A DNA stretch of 64,000 bases from Candidatus Omnitrophota bacterium. Lineage in GTDB: Bacteria; Omnitrophota; Gorgyraeia; JABMRG01; JAFGKX01. How positions within the stretch are numbered: the stretch's first letter is position 1; each line of letters begins with the position of its first letter. The position numbers and the translations under genes are program-made. The stretch covers positions 3,098 through 67,097 of the forward strand of contig JAZDPX010000023.1 in NCBI GenBank assembly GCA_043797125.1, given 5' to 3'. Below are positions 38,066 to 46,885 of the stretch, in pieces. The notes beneath the pieces were generated by a model that was not told the DNA's origin, searched no databases, and was given only the letters and a program-made list of their open reading frames with translations.

Positions 38066-39142
38066 TTGATGAAGGAGATAGACAAATTTAAATTTTATAG
38101 CCATCTTAGAAGCAGGAGTAGCCACCAGCCCCTAATTGGGCAACTGGAGCTTACGTATAGGTGTGGGCTTAATTGTATTCATTGCTATTGCAAAGGAAGT
38201 GAAGATAAAGAAAAGGAATTGGCTACTCGAGACTGGAAGCAAATATTGGATATGCTGCAGAAAGAAGGCTGTGTTTGGCTTAATCTTACCGGAGGAGATC
38301 CTTTAATTCGGGATGACTTTCTGGAAATTTACTCTTATGCCAAAGCTAAATGTTTTATTGTTTCAATTTTCAGCAGCGGATATGGTTTTAACTGTGAAAC
38401 TATCGAATATCTGGTCAAAATACCGCCCCATTCCATAGAGATTACATTAAACGGCATTACTCAAAGCACTTATGAATCCATAACACAGACAAAAGGTTCT
38501 TTTTTCGCGGCTATGCGCAACATAAGGTTATTGGCCTCAAAAAACTTACCGCTTATTATAAAAACGAACTGCATAAAGCAAAACCGGCATGAATTAGTGA
38601 GGATAAAACATTTCACTGAAGAGCTTTTAGGCAAACCATACAATAAGCATTTTTTTAGATATGATCATACTATACATCCAAGACTAAACGGAGACAAAAC
38701 ACCGTTAAGTTACAGGCTTTCTTTTGAAGAAATAGCCGAAACGAAAAAAGAGGATAAGGATATATGGCAGGAGTATCACAAGGCGTTAAAAGCCCGCACT
38801 CACAGTTTACCAAGAGAGGCAGATTTTCTTTACCAGTGCAATTCCTGGAAGCGGCAATTTATTATAGACCCTTACGGTAAGCTAAGACTATGTACCTTGT
38901 CAAAAAAACATAATATCGATTTAAAAATCGTATCCTTTAGGGAGGGATTTTATAATATACTTCCCGGGGTTTTAGAAGAGAGGTTTAAAACACCCTCCAA
39001 ATGCCGCTTATGCCATTTAAGGTCTTTATGCTATAATTGCCCTGCCAGAGCGTATCTTGAAACAGGTAACGAAGAGTTGCCGGTGGAATATTTTTGTCAA
39101 TTCGCGGAACAAACATACAGATACGAAAAGAATGAATTATAG
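38066..39142 (+). CDS. Radical SAM/SPASM protein 2
   Basis: ELTYRCGLNCIHCY, TGGDP; CNSW...C...CRLC..RSLCYNCP...FC. Confidence 0.92.
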   Translation: MMKEIDKFKFYSHLRSRSSHQPLIGQLELTYRCGLNCIHCYCKGSEDKEKELATRDWKQILDMLQKEGCVWLNLTGGDPLIRDDFLEIYSYAKAKCFIVSIFSSGYGFNCETIEYLVKIPPHSIEITLNGITQSTYESITQTKGSFFAAMRNIRLLASKNLPLIIKTNCIKQNRHELVRIKHFTEELLGKPYNKHFFRYDHTIHPRLNGDKTPLSYRLSFEEIAETKKEDKDIWQEYHKALKARTHSLPREADFLYQCNSWKRQFIIDPYGKLRLCTLSKKHNIDLKIVSFREGFYNILPGVLEERFKTPSKCRLCHLRSLCYNCPARAYLETGNEELPVEYFCQFAEQTYRYEKNEL

Positions 39143-40055
39143 GATTAGATTAAAAATAGCCGGCGTCTTAATTCAGATGGAAAGCAAGCACCCGTTGCAG
39201 AAGTTTAATCTTAAGCAGCAGAGACAAAGAAGACATGGACGCTTCCATAATTTTTTCTATCATGGTAGGCAAAAGCCGCAAGTCAGGATTAAGATAGAAA
39301 TAAAAGATAAATTACCAAAAATAAGCAAAAAGGCAAAAGAGCTTTTTCTTACTAAAAATTTTGACGGAATAGGAACGAATTGGCGCCTTCTAACATACAA
39401 GGGCGGTTATATTTACAAAAATTTTGTTAAGGCCAAAAAACAGATTATGACGATGGACAAAAATTTTAAAAGCATAACCGTTTTTCTTTTGCCAAAAAAC
39501 AAACAACGCGTGTGGGATATGGCGGACATCGTATATGATTTTTTGCAAATTTTGCTAATAAATTATTTTGCGCGTTATAAATTAGGCATTTTTGCGCATG
39601 CCATGGGAGTGAAAGATGTTAATAAAAACGGCTTTCTTTTTTTAGGAGAGTCTGGCGCAGGCAAAAGCACAATGGCCAGAATATGGCACAAGCATACAAA
39701 GGCGCAGATTTTAAACGATGATCGCGTAATTATACGGCGGGAAAACAACGGCAATTTTTTTATTTATGGCACGCCGTGGCATGGAAATTTTAGCGATTAT
39801 CTTGGCGCGCGCATGGAAAAAGCCAGGCTGGTCAAATTATTTTTTATATATCATAACTCCCATAACGAAGCAAAGCGCATTGTTCAGAAGGCGGCATTTA
39901 GATTTTTTTATCCTGCAATATTTCCCACATTTTGGGATAAGGAATATTTGGAAAACATCGCCTCATTATCCTGTGATTTGTTGGATAGGGTGCCTTGTTT
40001 TCGTTTAGGATTTGTTAATGATAAAAATATAATTGAATTTGTAAGAAAGAAATGA
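39132..40055 (+). CDS. HprK-related P-loop kinase (ScmC-like)
   Basis: AHAMGV, GESGAGKST Walker A, LNDDRV, YGTPWHG; ATG 39132 preferred. Confidence 0.75.
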   Translation: MNYRIRLKIAGVLIQMESKHPLQKFNLKQQRQRRHGRFHNFFYHGRQKPQVRIKIEIKDKLPKISKKAKELFLTKNFDGIGTNWRLLTYKGGYIYKNFVKAKKQIMTMDKNFKSITVFLLPKNKQRVWDMADIVYDFLQILLINYFARYKLGIFAHAMGVKDVNKNGFLFLGESGAGKSTMARIWHKHTKAQILNDDRVIIRRENNGNFFIYGTPWHGNFSDYLGARMEKARLVKLFFIYHNSHNEAKRIVQKAAFRFFYPAIFPTFWDKEYLENIASLSCDLLDRVPCFRLGFVNDKNIIEFVRKK

Positions 40056-41116
40056 GAGAAATCCCTTATAAAGATTTTAGCTTTACCACACATAAGAAGA
40101 ACTGGCAAAGAGACGCATTAAATGTTTGTAAATTAGAATTAACTTTTAAATGCGGCTTACATTGCCGGCATTGCTATTCGGATTGCTATAATCGTGATTC
40201 TTGTATAAAAGAAGAGTTAAAAACGCAGGATGTAAAATATACCCTAGATAAGCTTTATGCAAGCGGTATAATATGGCTATGTTTTACCGGCGGCGATCCG
40301 TTAACAAGGAACGATTTTTTAGATATTTACACTTATGCTAAAACTAAAGGCTTTATCATCTCAATATTCAGTAATGGTTATTCCATGACGGAGACAATAG
40401 CCGCTTATTTGCAAAAAACTCCCCCGTTTTCATTTGAAATTACCTTAAACGCAGTAACACGGAAAAGATATGAAGAGATCTCACAAGTCAAAGGTTCCTT
40501 TGGCAGGACAATGGCTGGCATAGATATGTTGATAGAAAAAAAATTACCTCTTAAGATAAAAACTCAGATTACCCAACAAAACTTTGACGAATTAAAACAA
40601 ATTGAACATTTTATAATTGGCTTAAGGCTGAAACCCACGATGAATTTTGCGCTGTGCCCGCGTTTAAACGGCGATTTAGAGCCTACACGACTTAGAATAC
40701 CACCCGAACAAGTAAGGAGTTTAAAGGTGCGGGAAAATACCTCAAGTGAATATTGTAAGAAAAACCAGAATGGAAATAGCAAACCAAAGCACACAGGCCT
40801 TTTTCTCTGCGCTATAGACGGGGATGGAATACATATTGACCCCTACGGCAATGCCTTTCCCTGCAATTTAATAAGAAAACCTAATTTTAATTTGCTCAAA
40901 ACAAACATTGAGTTAGTGCGTGCTGAGCTGCTGTCACTGGCGCGCGGTAAAAAATTCACTACAAGTTCAGGATGCAGGTTCTGCAATTTAAGGCAGAATT
41001 GCTTAAATTGCCCCGGCAATTCATATTTAGAGACAGGTGACCAGGAAAGGCCGGTTGATTATTATTGCAAGTTGGCGAAAGAGGTCTTGCATGTTAACAA
41101 AATGGACGCGGTTTAA
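40052..41116 (+). CDS. Radical SAM/SPASM protein 3
   Basis: ELTFKCGLHCRHCY, TGGDP; C...PC...CRFC..RQNCLNCP...YC. Confidence 0.92.
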   Translation: MREIPYKDFSFTTHKKNWQRDALNVCKLELTFKCGLHCRHCYSDCYNRDSCIKEELKTQDVKYTLDKLYASGIIWLCFTGGDPLTRNDFLDIYTYAKTKGFIISIFSNGYSMTETIAAYLQKTPPFSFEITLNAVTRKRYEEISQVKGSFGRTMAGIDMLIEKKLPLKIKTQITQQNFDELKQIEHFIIGLRLKPTMNFALCPRLNGDLEPTRLRIPPEQVRSLKVRENTSSEYCKKNQNGNSKPKHTGLFLCAIDGDGIHIDPYGNAFPCNLIRKPNFNLLKTNIELVRAELLSLARGKKFTTSSGCRFCNLRQNCLNCPGNSYLETGDQERPVDYYCKLAKEVLHVNKMDAV

Positions 41117-42785
41117 TCATTATCTTTATCCGCATTGGAAACGCCTGGCGTTAACCATCTTTTTGGGTTTGGTCAGTATGTTTCTAGCTTTAATTAATCC
41201 ATATCTAATCAAATTAATGATTGATAAGGCTTATCCTCAGCACAACTTGAAATTATTTTTACTTTTTGCTTTAACAGGAGGCATTATTTTCGCTCTTATA
41301 ACGATAATCAATTCGTATAGCGGTTATCTAAACCAGCGCGTTAACTCACTTGTCAAATTCAGGCTGACAAATGATATCTTCCGGTGTTTACAGCAAAAGG
41401 ATTTGGCCTTTTTCAGGGATAAATCCGCAGCCGAACATCTTTACAAAGTAAACAGCGATGTTGGCATGGTGAGCAATTTTATTTGCGTATATATGCCGCA
41501 ACTGATTATTTTAGTGCCCAGGAGTTTTTTTATTTTAGCAATTGTATTTTTTCTTAATTGGAAGATAGCTTTATTATCGGTTTTGATTGTTCCGTTATGC
41601 TGTATTAACCCATATTTCTTTAAAAGATGGCTTAGGGACGCGCAGAAGCGGCTGGTAGATAAAGCGCAGAAGGCATTTTTTAGCCTTCATGAAGCATTCA
41701 GCCATATTTTATTGACCAAGGTTTTCCACAAAGAGAAGCAATGTGCGGAAAAGTTAGAGAAAGAAATAGAAAAAGTTATGTACTTTGAATGCAGAAATTC
41801 AAGATTATTAGCCATAAGCGGCCTTTCTAATTCTTTATTGAATAAAACCTGTAGCGGCATAATTGTGATATATTGCGGATACCAGGTAATAAGCGGCAAT
41901 ATGACCTTGGGGGATGTGTCGGCAGTAATGATATACCTTATGCAATTTTTCGCCCTGGCGATTGCATTAGCCAGGTTTTCTGACTCATTGGCTATAAATT
42001 CAGTTTCACAGAATCGTTTAGATGAGATTTTTCAGGCACAGCCGCTTATAAAAGATTATCCGGGCGCTAAGGACTATTCTATTTTACGCCCCAGCATCGA
42101 ATTCAAGGATTTAACTTTCGGATACGCAGAAAAGAAAGTGATCCTGCGTGGAATAGGTTTTTACATAGAGCCCTGCCAGAAAATAGCCTTAACAGGGCCA
42201 TCAGGCTGTGGGAAAACCACACTGCTTAACTTGCTTTTGAGGCTTTACGAACCTTGGCGTGGAGAAATTTTTATTGATGGTCATGAACTCAAGGATTTTA
42301 GGATAGGGTCATTGCGTGAGCAAACAGGCATAGCGTTGCAGGAACCTTTTTTGTGGGATAGCACCGTTAAAGATAATATTCTTTATGGAAACGAGAATGC
42401 AACCATAGATGAGCTTATTGAAGCCTCAAAGATTGCCCAGGCGCATGACTTTATTTTAGGTTTGCCACAGCAGTATGATACGCAGATCGGTGAGATGGCA
42501 TGTAAGATTTCGGAGGGCCAGAAACAGCGTATTGCCATAGCGCGTGCTGTAATTAAAAAGCCAAAAATATTGATTTTAGATGAAGCAATGGCGTCTATTG
42601 ATTCCGAGACCGAAGGTAAAATTGTGGAAAATCTGAAAAACAACTTAAAAAATTCTACAATTATTGTGATTTCGCATAATTCCGCTACTTTGCGAAAGAT
42701 GGATTCGGTATATTTTTTTAAAAATCCATCAGAAATAATACCTTGCCATGACGAAAAACTTCAGGAAAAATATATTATTAATTAA
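41091..42785 (+). CDS. ABC exporter (fused TMD-NBD), no C39 domain
   Basis: 6-TM domain, GPSGCGKT, ISEGQKQR, LILDEA, ISH; ATG 41091. Confidence 0.92.
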   Translation: MLTKWTRFNHYLYPHWKRLALTIFLGLVSMFLALINPYLIKLMIDKAYPQHNLKLFLLFALTGGIIFALITIINSYSGYLNQRVNSLVKFRLTNDIFRCLQQKDLAFFRDKSAAEHLYKVNSDVGMVSNFICVYMPQLIILVPRSFFILAIVFFLNWKIALLSVLIVPLCCINPYFFKRWLRDAQKRLVDKAQKAFFSLHEAFSHILLTKVFHKEKQCAEKLEKEIEKVMYFECRNSRLLAISGLSNSLLNKTCSGIIVIYCGYQVISGNMTLGDVSAVMIYLMQFFALAIALARFSDSLAINSVSQNRLDEIFQAQPLIKDYPGAKDYSILRPSIEFKDLTFGYAEKKVILRGIGFYIEPCQKIALTGPSGCGKTTLLNLLLRLYEPWRGEIFIDGHELKDFRIGSLREQTGIALQEPFLWDSTVKDNILYGNENATIDELIEASKIAQAHDFILGLPQQYDTQIGEMACKISEGQKQRIAIARAVIKKPKILILDEAMASIDSETEGKIVENLKNNLKNSTIIVISHNSATLRKMDSVYFFKNPSEIIPCHDEKLQEKYIIN

Positions 42786-44169
42786 TCCTAGGGTAATAAG
42801 ATACAGAAGCTATCCTTCGGTAGCATTAGCCAGCATAGGGTCTTATCTGCGTAGTAATGGTTGTAATGTAAGAATAGTTGATAGCAATTTTACAAATGAA
42901 GACCCATACCGCGTTTTGGCAAAGACAAACGGAGAATATTTAGTCGGTATAAGTTGCGAATCTAAAAATATCGAAGAGGCCCTTAAGATAGCGGTATACG
43001 CCAAAGAAAAACAAAATATTGTTGTAATGGGGGGGTTGCATGTTTCCCTGGCGAAAGAGAAGATACTGGACAATATTTGCGTGGATTACGGAATATATGG
43101 AGACGGCGAATTATCACTCCTTAAATTGATTGAGGCTCTGGATGAAGGCCTTCCTTTGGAAGATGTGCCTGGATTAATATACAAATTCACCGGGCAGATA
43201 AAGGTTAATGAAAAGGGACAGGCGGCAAATTTAGATGAGTTGCCCTTTCCCGATTATAAGCTGGCAGGAATTAACAGAATATCCCAATATCCGCTTATAA
43301 CGAGCAGGGATTGCCCTTATAAATGCACTTATTGCACTGTCGGGGCGATTTCGCACGGAAGTTGGCGTATACGCAGCCCAAAAAACGTAATAGCTGAATT
43401 GAAATACGCAAAAGAAACTTACAATATTAAGAGTTTCATTATATTTGATGAAAACTTTTCTCATGATATGGAGCGGGTTAAGATGTTTTGTCTGATGCTG
43501 CTTAAAGAAAATCTTATTTTGCCTTGGGCCGTTATAGAGGGTATGCGCGCCGATAAAGTTGATAGGGAGTTTCTTAGGCTGCTAAAAGTCTCAGGGTGTA
43601 AGGATATTATTTACGGGGTTGAAAGCGCGGATGAGAAGGTTTTTGAGAATATATCGAAAGGGGGAAAATTTTTAACGATAGAAAAAGCGATTGATTTGGC
43701 AAAAGACGAGGGCCTTGAGGTGGGAGCCTATTTTGTTATAGGGCTGCCGGGAGCGACTTTTGAATCGGAAATGAAATCTATTGAATTCGCAACAAAACAC
43801 AATCTTAGCCCTTGCGTATTCTGGATGGCAATACCATATTACAATACGCAGCTTTATGAATGGGTCCTGAAAAACGCCAAGCTTTTAAGAGAGCCTACGG
43901 GTGAGAACCTGGTAAATTCCCTGAGCACAGAGCCGTTTTTTGAAACAGAAATCTTCCCAAAGGATAAAGTGAAAAAGGCATTTGTCATGGCTCAATTAAG
44001 TATCGGAAACTATAGTTTTTATGAAGACCACGACGGCAAAAAAATCTCAAAAATCTTTAGGTTTTTACTTGTGTGTCTGTATATGTTGAGATATGACTTA
44101 TGCAGTTTGTGGAGTTTTCTGGCCTCTGGTAGGCGGCTGAAACAAGAAAGTTTTGCATATGGTAAATAA
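42748..44169 (+). CDS. B12-binding radical SAM (class B methyltransferase-like)
   Basis: GGLHVS, GDGE, SRDCPYKCTYC, DENF, GVES, GLPG. Confidence 0.9.
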   Translation: MTKNFRKNILLINPRVIRYRSYPSVALASIGSYLRSNGCNVRIVDSNFTNEDPYRVLAKTNGEYLVGISCESKNIEEALKIAVYAKEKQNIVVMGGLHVSLAKEKILDNICVDYGIYGDGELSLLKLIEALDEGLPLEDVPGLIYKFTGQIKVNEKGQAANLDELPFPDYKLAGINRISQYPLITSRDCPYKCTYCTVGAISHGSWRIRSPKNVIAELKYAKETYNIKSFIIFDENFSHDMERVKMFCLMLLKENLILPWAVIEGMRADKVDREFLRLLKVSGCKDIIYGVESADEKVFENISKGGKFLTIEKAIDLAKDEGLEVGAYFVIGLPGATFESEMKSIEFATKHNLSPCVFWMAIPYYNTQLYEWVLKNAKLLREPTGENLVNSLSTEPFFETEIFPKDKVKKAFVMAQLSIGNYSFYEDHDGKKISKIFRFLLVCLYMLRYDLCSLWSFLASGRRLKQESFAYGK

Positions 44170-45103
44170 AATAAAAAATGAAAAAATAAATAGGGTGAAC
44201 CGATGGTCTGATTTAAGAGCGCATGAGATTATGATAAGGGATAAGCTAAGGACCCTTTCCTACAAAAAGGCCATAGAAGATAATATTAAATCCGGTGATG
44301 CGGTTTTGGATGTCGGCTGCGGCACCGGCATATTATCTTTTTTTGCGGCAAAAAAAGGATGCAAAAAAGTTTATGCAATAGATAAATCCGCCATTATAGA
44401 TGATGCCAAAAAGACAGCGCAGCTAAATAATCTCCAAGATTGCGTTGAATTTATTAAAATAGATATACTAAAATTTAAACCAAAAGAGAAGATGGATGTA
44501 ATACTGCATGACCAGATAGGCAACTTTGTATGGGATGAAGGCCTTATTTCTAAAATAACTTATGCAAGAGACAGGTTTCTTAGTCAGGGCGGCACGATGA
44601 TTCCTTATAAAATAGATTTATGCTTTGTGCCCGTGGATTATGAATCGGCTTTTGAGAAATCCATTTTGTTTTGGTCTAAAAAGAAATACGCGTTAAATTT
44701 CAATAATCTTGCCAAGAAAATGCTTATACAGCAGATTTACAATTCGCTCCATCCGTATATAATTAAGCTTAAAAATAAGAAAGTTTTTTTGTGTAAAGAA
44801 AAGCTAATTTATAGTATCGATTTAAAAAAAGAAAAACGCCTGCCTGAAAAATTGACAGCAAATTTTAACTTAAAAAAAGGCTCAAGGCTTACTGGTATGT
44901 GCATATATTTTAAGGTACACCTGGATAAAAAAAATATTTTCTCTACGGCGCCTAGAGCTGTAAACAGCCACTGGGGCCAGATATTTTTGCCGTCTTTTGA
45001 GCAAAAGCAAATAAAGCAGGATTCTGTTTTAAATTTCACATTATTTCCCCAAATTTCTCCTAAAAAATGGAAGTTCGAATTTAAGATAATAAAAAAGACA
45101 TAA
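44159..45103 (+). CDS. PRMT-like (protein arginine methyltransferase-fold) SAM methyltransferase
   Basis: HEIMIRDKLRT..Y, VLDVGCGTGILSFFAAK.G..KVYAID, ARDRFL..GGTMIP, FSTAP....HWGQ (THW-loop-like). Confidence 0.82.
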   Translation: MVNKIKNEKINRVNRWSDLRAHEIMIRDKLRTLSYKKAIEDNIKSGDAVLDVGCGTGILSFFAAKKGCKKVYAIDKSAIIDDAKKTAQLNNLQDCVEFIKIDILKFKPKEKMDVILHDQIGNFVWDEGLISKITYARDRFLSQGGTMIPYKIDLCFVPVDYESAFEKSILFWSKKKYALNFNNLAKKMLIQQIYNSLHPYIIKLKNKKVFLCKEKLIYSIDLKKEKRLPEKLTANFNLKKGSRLTGMCIYFKVHLDKKNIFSTAPRAVNSHWGQIFLPSFEQKQIKQDSVLNFTLFPQISPKKWKFEFKIIKKT

Positions 45104-45114
45104 GAAAACTTGCC

Positions 45115-46743
45115 TTGGGAAAAACCCTTAAAGAAACAGATACAAGAATACACAGAGATATGCTAATTTCATCCATAGCTAAAAAGGGCAGCGTGTGGGT
45201 GCAGGCATATGGAGCTAGTATGTCCCCGTTAATAAAAGAAGGTGACTGGCTGGAAATTTCCTCAATTTCCTATACTAAATTGAAACCAGGAGACGTAGTA
45301 GCAATAAAGCCCGAGGGTTATCAGGATAAATCAATAGTGCATAGGCTCATTAAAATAATAAATAGCCCAAATTCGTTGCTCATAAAGGGCGATAATCAGA
45401 TTTTAACCAATTCCCCTGAACCTGTAAGCGCAGATTTTCTGATCGGAAAAATAATAGCCATAAAACGCTCAAGCAAATGCATAAGAGTGGATAATTTTGT
45501 GTGGGATATCATTGGTTATATTGTAGTGAAACTTTCTACAGCTTCCCCGGGATTTGCAAGGATATTTTTATTAACAATAAGTCTTTTTTCTGCGCCAAAA
45601 GAGATTCCATCAAAAATACTCAAACGAATTAAAAAAAATTGTTTTCGCAGTGGACAAATTCCTAAAAAAGAGGATTTGTTCATCCTGCAGCATTGTAGCC
45701 CTGCCCCAGAGGTAAACTCTCATGCGCCGAAAGCCCTTGATTGGGAATATATATATCAAAAAAGCATGAAAACCCAATCAGTTGCCCTGTTATACCGCAA
45801 CTTAAAGCTAAAAGGCATTGAGAATATGATTCCCGGCAGCATGCTTAGGCGTTTAAAAGATATATACATCACAAACTCACTGCGCAATTTAAGTCTTTTA
45901 GATGAATTTGAGAAGATTATGGCAGTTATTAATGAACGAAAAATAAAAGCAATGCCAATAAAGGGGTTTTCCCTGCTTCTCGATATATATGAAGATGCAG
46001 GCGCGCGCGGCATTACAGATTTGGATTTATTCATAGATAGAAAAGATATGGATGCCGTATCCGGGATATTTCAGGGACTTGGGTATAGGAGACTACAGGA
46101 ACATGAAAAAATAAGTTACTATAGCCATCATCATATATTGACTTCAAAAGAAAAAGCAATACGCGTCGTAGAGATACACACAAGGCTTTTCCCGTGGTAT
46201 GTTGAGGAATTTTTTATTAAGATAGAAAGTTACGATTTTTTAGCAAGGGCACAAAAGATAAAATGGCGCAATATCGAAATATGCAAAATGGAGAAAACAG
46301 ATGAATTTATTTTCTCTCTTTTGAGTTATTATGCAAATAATTTTGCAGGCCTTAAATACCTTTTGGATGCAGATGCGATATTGAAGAAAGCCATAGATTT
46401 TGACTGGCAAGGATTTCTAAAAAGAATAAAAGAATACGATATAATGACCCAAATTTCTTATGGTATTTTCTTTTGCAAAAAATACTTAAACAGCCCTATC
46501 CCCTCAAATATTATCGATGAAATTTCATTTACTTCAGGAAAGACGTATTTCGTTCTAAATCGGGTATTTCCTATAACGCTTATGCATAAACAATTCCCGA
46601 AATGGCAAAGCCGCATTATGAGGTTTAAGGAAATGAACAATATCAGAGACAGAAGCTCCTTGATAAAAGAAGCTATTGTATGGCATTTGTATAAAAAGTT
46701 TGGAATTTTTTCTAATTATGTAACTCAAAAAAATTATAGTTAG
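45115..46743 (+). CDS. S24/S26-family peptidase domain fused to NTP_transf_5-type nucleotidyltransferase
   Basis: GASMSPLIKEGD, IVHR, KGDN; C-terminal IKG, R...DLDL, VEIH. Confidence 0.8.
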   Translation: MGKTLKETDTRIHRDMLISSIAKKGSVWVQAYGASMSPLIKEGDWLEISSISYTKLKPGDVVAIKPEGYQDKSIVHRLIKIINSPNSLLIKGDNQILTNSPEPVSADFLIGKIIAIKRSSKCIRVDNFVWDIIGYIVVKLSTASPGFARIFLLTISLFSAPKEIPSKILKRIKKNCFRSGQIPKKEDLFILQHCSPAPEVNSHAPKALDWEYIYQKSMKTQSVALLYRNLKLKGIENMIPGSMLRRLKDIYITNSLRNLSLLDEFEKIMAVINERKIKAMPIKGFSLLLDIYEDAGARGITDLDLFIDRKDMDAVSGIFQGLGYRRLQEHEKISYYSHHHILTSKEKAIRVVEIHTRLFPWYVEEFFIKIESYDFLARAQKIKWRNIEICKMEKTDEFIFSLLSYYANNFAGLKYLLDADAILKKAIDFDWQGFLKRIKEYDIMTQISYGIFFCKKYLNSPIPSNIIDEISFTSGKTYFVLNRVFPITLMHKQFPKWQSRIMRFKEMNNIRDRSSLIKEAIVWHLYKKFGIFSNYVTQKNYS

Positions 46744-46797
46744 CCAAATAACTTTTCTGTCAACTCCTTTTTGCCCCTTAAAATGCCCCCTATTTTC

Positions 46798-46827
46798 TTG
46801 ACTTTATATAATTTTGTATGTTAATAT
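46798..46827 (+). promoter_or_regulatory. Sigma70-like promoter for the export block
   Basis: TTGACT-18-TAATAT with TG extension. Confidence 0.45.
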
Positions 46828-46885
46828 ATTAAATTATGTAATAATATTTCTAAGACTTACTAGTTTTAAAAAAAAGGATATAAAA

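Noticed and set aside
35976-41116. PQQ biosynthesis (PqqD + PqqE-like rSAM)
   Set aside because: No PqqB/PqqC, and the peptide lacks the PqqA ExxxY core context and size; three rSAMs plus other tailoring enzymes do not fit
35976-46743. Lasso peptide cluster
   Set aside because: RRE, kinase and NTase are present but there is no asparagine-synthetase-like cyclase or transglutaminase-like B2 protease
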